64,000 bases of DNA from Thermodesulfovibrionales bacterium (GCA_963716185.1 OY970295.1:2808356-2872355), one strand, 5' to 3'. Positions 49,403-58,721 are shown, counted from the first letter of the stretch. Notes: generated by a model not told the origin, from the letters alone. Numbers and translations are program-made.

Positions 49403-50134
49403 TCACTTCATCCTGAGCAGAGGAACGAGGACGATGCCGATAAAATCCTGGAGGAAGTGCATCACGATGGGCGCAACGAGGCTTTGTCGCCACAGGTATA
49501 CGAGCGCGAACACCGCCCCCATCACTCCAACGGTGACCACCCCAGCCGAACCCTCATAGCCGTGGCCGAGGGAAAAGATTGCAGCCGAAAGTAATACCGA
49601 TACCGCAGGACTTTGTGTGATCGCTTTGAAACGCAGGATGAGGTATCCGCGAAAAATAGTTTCCTCTGCCACGGCAACGACAATAACCAGAATGAAGGCG
49701 AGCAGAAATTCTGTTACTCTTTTTTCGTCGACTAATGCAGGCAATGGAGTCGATGGGACTGAGAGACCAGCCTTCTGTAAAGCACTTTCCAGAACAGATG
49801 CACCAAAGAATAGGGGAATAAAGAGTCCTATGCCCAAGCCGACTTCTTTCCAACCGTTCTTCAAAGTCCAGCCTATATCTATGACATGCTCCTTATTGTG
49901 CCAGAGAAAGAAAAGGACGAGGCTAACAAGAGCAAGGTCACGCAGAATGGTCGCAGATGACACGAGCACGAAACTCAAGGTTCCCGGCTTAATCACGAAG
50001 AAGGAGAGCACCATGGACGGTACGATAAGAAAAAGAAAAACGAAGACCTCGATGAGCTTCTCCTTCCGACCGAGATGGATGCTGCTTCTCGAGTTCGTAT
50101 CGCTCTGATTCAAGCCTGCTCTCATGGATACCAT
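49403..50134 (-). CDS. CPBP-family (CAAX/Abi-type) intramembrane glutamic endopeptidase
   Basis: AVAEETIFRGYL (EExxxR) and FSLGHGY motifs with multiple TM helices. Confidence 0.8.
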   Translation of the reverse strand: MVSMRAGLNQSDTNSRSSIHLGRKEKLIEVFVFLFLIVPSMVLSFFVIKPGTLSFVLVSSATILRDLALVSLVLFFLWHNKEHVIDIGWTLKNGWKEVGLGIGLFIPLFFGASVLESALQKAGLSVPSTPLPALVDEKRVTEFLLAFILVIVVAVAEETIFRGYLILRFKAITQSPAVSVLLSAAIFSLGHGYEGSAGVVTVGVMGAVFALVYLWRQSLVAPIVMHFLQDFIGIVLVPLLRMK

Positions 50135-50302
50135 CTCCCGTTTTCTCGCTCCCTTTGTTCTCTGCCTTTCACCATTCTTGCCCTTTTCTTATCAAACTTG
50201 CCGTAACGGAAGGACAGGGTGGGCAGTGCCAGAAGATTTAGAACTGTCGCGGTCATGAGACCTCTAGGGAAAGACCATCACCAGTAGTTCAATACCTCCT
50301 TT

Positions 50303-50818
50303 TTAAGAGCTATGAATCGTCGTCTCAGTTGCGTGAGTCGTCTCTAAGATCTTTTTTGCCTTTTCCACTTCTTCACCCGTACCATGCGCAACCAGCAGGA
50401 ACTTATTTGACTTAAGAGAAGTTTCGTATTTAACGACACTGTCCTTTGGAATACCGATACTGTATAACGCTGCTCCAACAGCGCTCAGGCCACCCAGAAC
50501 AGCGGCACCTTCAAGTGCGCCAATAATCCACGACACCAGTGGACCGGCTACGACTATCGGACCAATGCCGGGAATGAAAAAGAAGGCAGAACCGAAAAGA
50601 AATCCCCATATGCCGCCCCAGAATGCCCCCAACTTTCCCCAGTATTTAACACGGTCACCCGTATTGTAATAGCCCACCACATGCTCATCAGAATGATAGT
50701 CCTTGCCTACGATAGATAGCTTCTTCATTTCAAATCCTGCTTTCTGCAGTTCCTTGATAGCATCCTCTGCCTCTGTGTGGGTGTTGTAAATAGATACAAC
50801 CGAATTTTTCTCTGACAT
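50303..50818 (-). CDS. general-stress-type membrane protein (YflT/DUF1269-like)
   Basis: MSEKNSVVSIYNTHTEAEDAIKELQKAGF... then Gly-zipper TM segments (GAFWGGIWGFLFG...). The ATG at 50818 is preferred over the track start at 50944. Confidence 0.6.
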   Translation of the reverse strand: MSEKNSVVSIYNTHTEAEDAIKELQKAGFEMKKLSIVGKDYHSDEHVVGYYNTGDRVKYWGKLGAFWGGIWGFLFGSAFFFIPGIGPIVVAGPLVSWIIGALEGAAVLGGLSAVGAALYSIGIPKDSVVKYETSLKSNKFLLVAHGTGEEVEKAKKILETTHATETTIHSS

Positions 50819-51341
50819 GATTTTAATCCTTTCCTTAGTAAGGTATTTTTTTAAAGCCACCGACAAGATCGTTGGTAGTTTACTTACTCTTTCCTTTTGT
50901 TTTCGCCGCTGGAGTTTTCTTTTCCAAAGACTTGATATAGGCAACTATATCTTTCATTTCTTGCGATTTTGTATCAAGGGCTTACCCTTTTAATTCATTT
51001 ACAATACAAGTGTTTATAGACTCTTTCACCTCATCTCCTTTCATCATAGGATTAGTGCTATAACCCTGTCAGAAAATTAGGAAAGCCGAACTTATAAAGT
51101 TTATCCTTCAGTTGCAATATACATGCCCGAACAAAACTTGTTGCTTTTATTGAGAATTAAAAAGAAAGAGTTGTATTTCTGCCAGGGAAAATACCCGACT
51201 AATAGGGCATTTTACCCCAAATAATGTAATAAACAATATTGTTGTCTATTTGTCTATGGTTGAAATCTTTACAGATTAGGGAGAATCTATAAATCATACT
51301 TTAGTAAGGAACTCATACAAAAGTTTTTTTGAGAAGATAAC

Positions 51342-52489
51342 CCACTAGTGTAATGTCCCACTAATATCTTGACAATAATGGTTTATTGTGGTAAACTTTT
51401 TTTATGTGGGAAAAGGCAAACGCGTTGAAGATGACAAACGACCAGCGTGCGACATTGGAAGCTTGGAATCGGGCGAAGACCAGCCCTCAGCGAACGGTTC
51501 TACGGGCGCGCATTTGCCTGTTGGCGGCGGACGGCCTGTCGAATAACGCTATCGCCGCCCAACTGTCCACCTCCCGCCCGACAGTAATTCAATGGCGCAA
51601 ACGTTTTGAGGAGCACGGACCGATTGGATTGGCTGAGGACGCACCCCACGGCCCGAGTCCTCAGGCTCTTCCACTGGACCGAGTGAAGGCCATTATCGAG
51701 GCTACTCTCCACACGACCCCTCGCGATGCCACGCATTGGTCCGTGCGTTCGATGGCCAAGGCCCAGGGGGTCGGGAAGTCCACGGTGCAACGGATATGGG
51801 ACGCGCACGGTCTTCAACCCCATCGAATCGAGACATTCAAGTTGTCCAAGGACAAGCGGTTTGTCGAGAAACTGACGGATGTGGTTGGAGTATACCTGAA
51901 TCCTCCGGACAAGGCGGTGGTGCTGTGCGTCGACGAGAAAAGCCACGTTCAGGCATTGGACCGGACGCAGCCCGGCTTGCCGATGAAAAAGGGGCGATGC
52001 CGAACCATGACCCATGACTACAAACGCAACGGCACCACATGCCTATTCGCGGCATTGAACGTGCTGGAGGGTAAGGTCATTGGCTCCTGCTATCCGAGAC
52101 ATCGCAATATTGAATTTCGGAAGTTCCTGCGACAGATCGACGCAGCTGTGCCCGCAGAGTTGGCCATCCACATGATTTTGGACAACTATGGCACCCACAA
52201 CCACCCCAAGGTCAAAGCGTGGCTGGAAAAACATCCGCGTTTTCACCTTCATTTCACGCCGACCAGTTCATCGTGGTTGAACTTGGTGGAGAGATGGTTC
52301 GGAGAAATAACGCGGAAACGCATTCGGCGCGGAGTTTTCCGAAACGTCCCGGAACTCGTCGCGGCAATCGAAGATTTCATCCATATCAACAATGAGAATC
52401 CAAAGCCGTTCGTCTGGACGAAAAAGGTCGATGCTATATTGGAAAAGGTCGCTCATTGTAAAGCCGTTATAGGGACACTACACTAGTTG
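51342..52489 (+). mobile_element. IS630-family insertion sequence
   Basis: Terminal inverted repeats actagtgtaatgtccc (51344-51359) and gggacactacactagt (52472-52487), with 15/16 complementary. Single transposase ORF. Target duplication not resolved. Confidence 0.8.
51404..52486 (+). CDS. IS630-family DDE transposase
   Basis: 360 aa with an N-terminal HTH. VLCVDEKSHVQAL, DYKRNGTTCLFAAL, MILDNYGTHNHPKVKAWL, TPTSSSWLNLVERWF. Confidence 0.92.
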   Translation: MWEKANALKMTNDQRATLEAWNRAKTSPQRTVLRARICLLAADGLSNNAIAAQLSTSRPTVIQWRKRFEEHGPIGLAEDAPHGPSPQALPLDRVKAIIEATLHTTPRDATHWSVRSMAKAQGVGKSTVQRIWDAHGLQPHRIETFKLSKDKRFVEKLTDVVGVYLNPPDKAVVLCVDEKSHVQALDRTQPGLPMKKGRCRTMTHDYKRNGTTCLFAALNVLEGKVIGSCYPRHRNIEFRKFLRQIDAAVPAELAIHMILDNYGTHNHPKVKAWLEKHPRFHLHFTPTSSSWLNLVERWFGEITRKRIRRGVFRNVPELVAAIEDFIHINNENPKPFVWTKKVDAILEKVAHCKAVIGTLH

Positions 52490-52522
52490 CATAAAATAAT
52501 GCGAAAAAAAACGACTAAATCA

Positions 52523-52597
52523 TTGTAGTGGCCTCCTGTGTTGGATAAAATGGCGTTGCATGACATCTAAAATATCCAACACAGGAGGCCACTACAA
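52523..52597. repeat. 25-bp perfect inverted repeat with a 25-nt spacer
   Basis: ttgtagtggcctcctgtgttggata (52523-52547) and tatccaacacaggaggccactacaa (52573-52597). Confidence 0.9.
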
Positions 52598-52700
52598 GTG
52601 AATTTTAGCATAACATGCGGACGACACCTTCTTGGGTCTCGCACGGCCTGGCATCTTCTCTCCAGAGCAGACAAGGGCACGCCCCAATAAAGTGCCTTCC

Positions 52701-53666
52701 TTAGGCCCTCGCCTCACGCCGCGCGAGGATCAGCCCGGGCGCCATGGGCAGCCAGAAGGTGAAGAAGCGGAAGAGTAGTGTCGCCGCGAGAGCGGCGGCG
52801 ACCGGCACTCCGATGAGCTTGAGCGTGGCCACGGAGACGGCCTCGAAAACCCCAAGCCCCCCAGGAACTACTCCAAGCGTCCGCGCCAACGTCGAGAGCA
52901 TGAAGCTCGCAAAGACTGGCGCTGGATTGACCGTAAGACCGAGGGCCCACAGCATGACCCAGAGTGTCCCCGCATCGAGAACGAGGATCGCGAGCTGGAG
53001 GCCCGTGCACCGCGTGATGAGCGAGACATCGTGAGCAATGGCTGGCGTCGCCTCACCAAGCACTCGAAGTGCTGGCCTGATGAAGGGTAGCCGCTCGATC
53101 CAACCGGGCAGCGTCCGGCCGCGGCTCACCCACAGGAGGGCCATGGGAACGGCTGTTGCCAGGGGCGCGAAGATGCCCGCTGGCACGGCCATCAACGGTG
53201 TGAGGTCGCCGTGTACCCAGACGATACTGAGAGCGATGCCCAGAGCCAGAGTGTAGGCGGCGTAGTAGCTCACGAGATCGATGACGACCGCGGCCATACT
53301 TGCGCCACGCGGCACGTCGTGGCGGTCCAGTGCCCGGATGACGAGCAACGTGCCGCTCAGGCCAACGCTGGGAATGGCCTGGTCCATGAAGAGCTTCGAC
53401 AGCCCCAAACCGACATAGGACCGGAACGGCCTCGATATATTCGCGCGGCAAAGGACTCGCTGCCAGATCAGGGCGTCCGTCATGTAGGTTCCAATCTGGA
53501 GCAAGAGGGCGACGAGCAGCCAAGCAGGCCGAGCGTGGAGCATGAGCTGAGCGAAGGCCATCTCCTGGCTGTAGTGTGTGGCGAACATCACCACGGCGAC
53601 CAGGAGGCCCAGCCCAAAGAACCACGAGACCCAACGGGCGATAGCCTTTGGTCGACCCACTGTCAT
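52701..53666 (-). CDS. UPF0104 / lysyl-phosphatidylglycerol-synthase-TM-like flippase-type membrane protein
   Basis: 321 aa with ~8 TM helices, in a very GC-rich segment. The family call is from overall pattern only. Confidence 0.55.
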   Translation of the reverse strand: MTVGRPKAIARWVSWFFGLGLLVAVVMFATHYSQEMAFAQLMLHARPAWLLVALLLQIGTYMTDALIWQRVLCRANISRPFRSYVGLGLSKLFMDQAIPSVGLSGTLLVIRALDRHDVPRGASMAAVVIDLVSYYAAYTLALGIALSIVWVHGDLTPLMAVPAGIFAPLATAVPMALLWVSRGRTLPGWIERLPFIRPALRVLGEATPAIAHDVSLITRCTGLQLAILVLDAGTLWVMLWALGLTVNPAPVFASFMLSTLARTLGVVPGGLGVFEAVSVATLKLIGVPVAAALAATLLFRFFTFWLPMAPGLILARREARA

Positions 53667-53914
53667 CGTAAGCCCACAAGTCCAAGCAAGCGCCCAATAA
53701 CCGTCGTAACGGCCATATCGAAGCCGGCACCGACAACAGTTCGAATTGTTGCATGGCGGGTGTCCACCTCGGCGTGCGTGAGCCCTGTTTCTGGGTTCAC
53801 GCGGTGCTCCGCGAGCGCGTCGGAGACCGGCACGAAAGCGATATCGGGCTCCCTATCCGTTGCCGGCTTCGAGGTCGGGCTTTCCACTACGGATTTCTTT
53901 GTGACTGTTTGCAT
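53663..53914 (-). CDS. hypothetical protein (possibly a remnant of a cation-ATPase N-terminus)
   Basis: 83 aa. ...LAEHRVNPETGLTHAEVDTR resembles Cation_ATPase_N. The stop overlaps the downstream start (ATGA). Confidence 0.3.
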   Translation of the reverse strand: MQTVTKKSVVESPTSKPATDREPDIAFVPVSDALAEHRVNPETGLTHAEVDTRHATIRTVVGAGFDMAVTTVIGRLLGLVGLR

Positions 53915-53919
53915 AGTGA

Positions 53920-54053
53920 CTATCCTCCGATTCTTGTTACACCGACCACCACGGGGAAGCCGTGGTCGGCCATGTTCAGCAGGAGATACGCCCTATGACG
54001 CCCAAGCCGATTATGCCGATTTCATGTCCTGGTTGTGGACGCTTATTCGTCAT
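53920..54053 (-). pseudogene. N-terminal fragment of 6-phosphogluconate dehydrogenase (frameshifted)
   Basis: Hand translation: MTNKRPQPGHEIGIIGLGVIGRISC*, then in the next frame LLLNMADHGFPVVVG. Together these give the GxGxxG NAD-binding start of Gnd. Confidence 0.5.
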
Positions 54054-54072
54054 TGTTTTGCCTTCCGTAAGA

Positions 54073-54430
54073 TCAGCGCTGCCACAGGATCCGAGAAGCT
54101 TCCAGGGGAACCGTAACGCCGTCGTAGGACGGTATCACTCGCGCCGTATAGTCCTTAGATAGACGTGCCGTAGGCACCTGCGCGCTATAAACATAGTCGC
54201 TAGCCGTGCCTGCCAAGTGCAGGACACGCGTCATCTAATGCCGCACCGGATCGCCGCCGTTGACATTGCAGGAGAAGATATCTGGATAGAAGAAGAATTT
54301 CTCAAACGGGATGATCTGCCAGCCATTGCTTTAAGAGAGGCAATGGAGAGTTTTTCGGATCATGCGTTCCGAACGTGCAATCCTCACTTCGTCAGCATAA
54401 AGGTCGACTCGCACTGCATTCGAGTCGAGG
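54073..54430 (-). pseudogene. decayed 3' end of an alpha-glucan phosphorylase-like gene
   Basis: Hand translation on the minus strand, interrupted by stops: LDSNAVRVDLYADEVRIARSERM..., ...GGDPVRH*, ...YVYSAQVPTARLSKDYTARVIPSYDGVTVPLEASRILWQR*. Recalled as the C-terminal signature of that family. Confidence 0.4.
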
Positions 54431-54827
54431 TAAGAGAAGGTTTCAGCGGAGTTGGTTTCTTTTTGGCTATCATTAGTTCCTTTTATAAAAAGCAATTTTA
54501 TCACAAAGCATATTCATTTTCAAATTTTTTCTCCCTGTCCGGTTAGACATCAGCTACACCTAAAAATGAAGAAATATGTTTGGTGATTTACGTTTGAATT
54601 GCCGTATCGCAACCTGAAGTTCAAATATATATTTATGTACGTACATCACTCTCGCACCGGGGCATCGCATTGTGAGTTATTTTCAGTAATCAGCAGGGGA
54701 CGGAAATCTAAAAAACATTTAGTACTATGAGTTATGAGCAATAATTTCAAACAATTACTTGCGCGTAGTTGAAGGGGGACCTATGAACAATAGGTAAAAA
54801 GGAAAGCGATATTAGCCTTTAAGATAA

Positions 54828-55100
54828 TCATGAGTGCCGATCGATAAGTCTGCCTGATAAAAATTTATGTATAATGCTTGATACCAGTGTCTGATAGGGT
54901 ATTCCTTCCTCTATAGCCTTTACCTTTAAGGCGTCAAGGTCTTTTTTAGCTATACGGATATTCATACGCTGGTCTTTTGTTATGGTCGCTCTTGCATACG
55001 CTTTTGACCTTTTTATTTCTTCCTTCAGGTTGGGAATGGTCTTCCACTCATCTTTCTCAAGCGATTCCATCAATTCCTTTTCTTCTTTTGTCAGTTTCAT
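54828..55100 (-). CDS. brnA: BrnA-type (CopG/RHH) antitoxin
   Basis: 90 aa. ...DQRMNIRIAKKDLDALKVKAIEEGIPYQTLVSSIIHKFLSG. Confidence 0.7.
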   Translation of the reverse strand: MKLTKEEKELMESLEKDEWKTIPNLKEEIKRSKAYARATITKDQRMNIRIAKKDLDALKVKAIEEGIPYQTLVSSIIHKFLSGRLIDRHS

Positions 55101-55381
55101 TTTTGCTCTCCTTCCCTCCGCAGATATTTCTGGGTATATTTGCGGCTTGGGAATATTGTCTTTAAAAAACGCACCCCTCTTCTATCTTCGAAGGGTACTA
55201 CATATGCATAGTCGTCAACATCAATGACGTAGAGCTTTTGATCACTGTATTTCATCCTGGTTGGATGTTCCAGGATATCAAGTATACGGTCATTTAAAAT
55301 AAGAAACACAATTTGCTCAAATGAAATGCCTCGCTCCCTCTTGAGGTGCTCATTCTTGTCGTTGTCCCAATCAAAAACCAC
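55097..55381 (-). CDS. brnT: BrnT-type (DUF497) ribonuclease toxin
   Basis: 94 aa. MVFDWDNDKNEHLKRERGISFEQ... The stop overlaps the brnA start by 4 nt. Confidence 0.7.
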   Translation of the reverse strand: MVFDWDNDKNEHLKRERGISFEQIVFLILNDRILDILEHPTRMKYSDQKLYVIDVDDYAYVVPFEDRRGVRFLKTIFPSRKYTQKYLRREGEQK

Positions 55382-55635
55382 GATAATATGATAATCCTTT
55401 ATGTGTGCCTTTTGTCAATACAATAATTCAGCATAAGAGCTCCGAGTCCCCTCTGTTTGTGAATCAGGTAGACCTACTGAATCTCATAAACGCACCGTGA
55501 AGAAAACGTGAAGTAAACATATCTAAAACGATATAAACATATCGAAACATATAGAAGAGGGGAGGGCGGTGAAAAGCTTAATCTGCAAGGGTTTTTCCGG
55601 TATTTTCAAGCACTTGTCAGATCCTGCCTTTAACT

Positions 55636-55689
55636 CTCTCAAGGCTAAGACACTGGTTCGAATCCCGTTGGGACCGTCAAGCAAAATTC
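55636..55689 (+). repeat. att copy C: decayed repeat of the tRNA-Glu 3' segment (island II / III junction)
   Basis: ctctcaaggctaaGacacTggttcgaatcccgttgggaccgTca has 3 substitutions in the tRNA-derived part, and the tail has diverged. Confidence 0.8.
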
Positions 55690-56054
55690 TTAATAATTAC
55701 GGTATCTTTCCTTATTTAAAACCATTCTACGGAATGCTAAGAAATTCGTCGAATGAGTATTCATTTTGGTGTTTTTGTTGGTGTTTTAGAAATAGCGGCT
55801 CCAGTCGAGTCTGGTGATGACTTCTTAGCTTTTGGGGACGACGTGGGGATGACGTAGCGTCGTCTTCAGAGATGAGTGCACGGCTACGGACAGTGAACGA
55901 TTAAGTCCTGTCTGCTCGTCTCTTTACGAAAGGAACACCTCTTCCTCACATTGACCGATGTAATTAACACCTCCTACAAGCAGAGAATTTTATAAATCGG
56001 GGGACTTATTTATTTCCAAAAGAATATTTGGTATAAAGCTGAGTTTCAGAATAC

Positions 56055-57038
56055 TTAAGTGCTACCCTCTCTATCACGAATTGTGAAGTAAAAAGTCGAA
56101 CCTTTTCCAGGTTTAGACTCTACCCAGATTCTTCCTCCATGATGTTCTACGATTTTCTTACAGACTGCAAGTCCTATGCCGGTGCCTTGATATTCGTTTC
56201 TTGTATGTAATCGCTGGAAGAGTGAGAATATTCGTTCAAAAAATCTCGGCTCTATTCCAATGCCGTTATCCTTAATAGGGAAAACCCATTCATCTCCTTT
56301 CTGTTCGGCTGAGATATGGATTTTTAGGGGTTCATTGCCACGAAACTTAATAGCATTGCCTATTAAGTTCTGGAATAATCGGCTTAATTGAGAAGCATCT
56401 GCCGTTACAGTTGGCAGGAGATCATATGTCAGTTCTACATTGCTTTCTTTTATAACTGTGCGAAGATTGTAAATAGCCTCCTCTAAGGCTACTGAGCAAT
56501 TTATAGGTCTAAAGTTTTGTCTCTTTGTCTCTACCTGTGAATACGTCAGCAGATCTTTAATGAGTAGTTCCATTATTTTGACACCTGAAACTATATAATC
56601 AATGAACTCATCAGCTTTTTCATCGAGTTTGTCTTTGTATCGTTTCTCCAGTAATTGCACAAAGCTCGCTATAGTACGTAAGGGTTCCTGTAGGTCATGT
56701 GAGGCTACATAGGCAAATTGTTGGAGATCGGCATTCGACCGAGCCAGTTCCTTCATTAATATCTTCGACTGCTCCTCCGCCTGCTTGCGTTTTGTGATAT
56801 CTCGAATGTTGCATTGGATAACTCTGTTGCCATTCACAAGATAAACGTTACTGACAAACTCCACGTTGATGTTACGACCGTCTTTTGTTTCAAGCGGCAA
56901 ATCTTCATAACGGATATAACCTTTCTTTTGCAATTCTGAAAAAGCATTCTGTGATGACACAATATCTTTAAAAAGACCGATTTCCCAGAGTTTCTTTCCC
57001 AAAAACTCCTCATGAGGTAATACACTATCGATTTCCAT
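56055..57038 (-). CDS. PAS - HisKA - HATPase histidine kinase (cytoplasmic)
   Basis: 327 aa. H-box YVASHDLQEPLRTI, N-box NLIGNAIKF, G-boxes DNGIGI...GTGIGL. Confidence 0.88.
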   Translation of the reverse strand: MEIDSVLPHEEFLGKKLWEIGLFKDIVSSQNAFSELQKKGYIRYEDLPLETKDGRNINVEFVSNVYLVNGNRVIQCNIRDITKRKQAEEQSKILMKELARSNADLQQFAYVASHDLQEPLRTIASFVQLLEKRYKDKLDEKADEFIDYIVSGVKIMELLIKDLLTYSQVETKRQNFRPINCSVALEEAIYNLRTVIKESNVELTYDLLPTVTADASQLSRLFQNLIGNAIKFRGNEPLKIHISAEQKGDEWVFPIKDNGIGIEPRFFERIFSLFQRLHTRNEYQGTGIGLAVCKKIVEHHGGRIWVESKPGKGSTFYFTIRDREGST

Positions 57039-57182
57039 TTACATGCTGCATCTTATTAAGTATATAGCTGAGTTGACAAGGAAGAAGATGAGACTTGGTC
57101 TTTCTATGTCTGATAGGGCGAGTCCTATCTTCTATATTTTCTATAAAAAAGGAGCTTATTGGCCGGGCTCGCTCAATACAAA

Positions 57183-58286
57183 TCAATTTAGATGTGAACT
57201 AAATATTTCATCAAAACGGAAAGCTATTTGGGTGAATGCATTCAAAACAGCAGGGTTAAAGTGCTGTGGCATTGTCCTTCCGTCTCCCTCCGTAATGGTT
57301 CTGAAAGCTTCTTCATGACTCAAAGGAGGCTTGTACGGTCGTTTACTTCTGAGAGCGTCATACTGGTCTACAAGCATAACTATCCTGCCTTCAAGCGGTA
57401 TCTCGTCCTCCATCAACCCTCTCGGATACCCTCCGCCACACCATCTTTCATGATGATTTAATGCAATGGATGCTGCCAACTGTATTATCGGATTCGATGA
57501 ATCTGCCAATATCTTGCTTCCGAGGGTAGTATGTGTTTTCATTGTCTCAAACTCTTCCACTGTCAGACTGCCTGGTTTTAAGAGTATATTGTCAGGTATC
57601 CCGAGTTTCCCTATATCGTGCAGCGGGGCCGCGAGGATTATTGTCTCGACCAAATCATTATCTGAGTCCAGAGCTCTGGCAATTTCCCTTGAATAGTATC
57701 CTATCCGAGCAATATGGGCACCCGTATCAGTATCCCTGAATTCAGCAGTTGTGGATAACCGCTGTATAATCTCTAAGCTCATGTTTTTGACAGTAGATAC
57801 GGCATCAGCCAATTCATTCGTTCTAAGCATAACAGTATCTTCCAGGGTATTTTGATAATTATTTTGAGTCTCTGTTTTTTTGTAATAGTGAATAGCTTTC
57901 TCTATGACACGGATAAGATTGGCTGACTTATACGGCTTTGTAACGAAATCAAAGGCACCTCGTTTTATCGCATCGACAGCAATATCAAGTTCCGCATATG
58001 CAGTCATTAAAATTACCGGGATTTCAGGTTTAACATTATGGATCTTCTCAAGAAGCTCGATACCTGACACCACAGGCATCCTGATATCTGTCAGTACAGT
58101 AACAATTCTATTGTCTTGTAATTTATTGATGGCATCTTCTGCGTTTTCACAAGTGATAACTGACAAGCTATGGGATCTGATCAATGAGGAAACAGCTTCA
58201 AGAACATCGATATCATTATCTACAACAAGGATCTTTCCTTCTGTGTTGGTACTTATTAATTCCGGCATTTTCTTCACTTCTCTCAA
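57183..58286 (-). CDS. response regulator with HD-GYP output domain (RpfG-like)
   Basis: 367 aa. REC (ILVVDNDID...VLTDIRMP) followed by HD-GYP ([11 protein letters not shown]...[14 protein letters not shown]). Confidence 0.88.
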   Translation of the reverse strand: MREVKKMPELISTNTEGKILVVDNDIDVLEAVSSLIRSHSLSVITCENAEDAINKLQDNRIVTVLTDIRMPVVSGIELLEKIHNVKPEIPVILMTAYAELDIAVDAIKRGAFDFVTKPYKSANLIRVIEKAIHYYKKTETQNNYQNTLEDTVMLRTNELADAVSTVKNMSLEIIQRLSTTAEFRDTDTGAHIARIGYYSREIARALDSDNDLVETIILAAPLHDIGKLGIPDNILLKPGSLTVEEFETMKTHTTLGSKILADSSNPIIQLAASIALNHHERWCGGGYPRGLMEDEIPLEGRIVMLVDQYDALRSKRPYKPPLSHEEAFRTITEGDGRTMPQHFNPAVLNAFTQIAFRFDEIFSSHLN

Positions 58287-58667
58287 AAGCTTTTATCAGC
58301 AATTCGATTATCTTTCCTTCTCTCAAGTTACTCTTAGTTTCAGCGCATACGGGAAAAATGTCAATCCTACCGGGGTAGGGATGGTCGAGGCCCTTCTTAA
58401 CTTAAGACTTGGTAAATTCGTTATCTATTTTTATTTGTACTCGTGAGAATTGTCGCAGGCGCAAGGGGTGTTTGTAACAGAAAGGAAGGAGGTATTATTG
58501 AAAAAAAGATCTTGATTGGTGTCATTTTCGAGCCGAACTAATTTAGGTCGTACTCGATCCCACCGCATCGCCTCAGTTAAAAAGGATGCTGCGACGCAAC
58601 TGGCCCTTTTGGTGTTTTTTGGGTGTCACTACTTATAACTAATTGATAAATAAAGAATGGCGAAGCT

Positions 58668-58721
58668 CTCTCAAGGCTAAAACGCGGGTTCGAATCCCGT
58701 TGGGACCGCCAATAAAATCAA
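58668..58721 (+). repeat. att copy D: 54-bp repeat of the tRNA-Glu 3' segment, 1 mismatch (island III / IV junction)
   Basis: ctctcaaggctaaaacGcgggttcgaatcccgttgggaccgccaataaaatcaa. Confidence 0.88.

Noticed and set aside
52714-54116. Multiple long overlapping ORFs in several frames (53053-53754, 53211-54116, 52744-53034 and others)
   Set aside because: These are the expected stop-codon-poor frames of a ~63% GC segment. Their compositions are Arg/Ala/Pro-rich. Only the TM-rich frame 52701-53666 looks like a real protein.
54217-54546. 109-aa plus-strand ORF
   Set aside because: The opposite strand carries recognisable, though decayed, glucan-phosphorylase C-terminal sequence, so the plus-strand frame is probably fortuitous.
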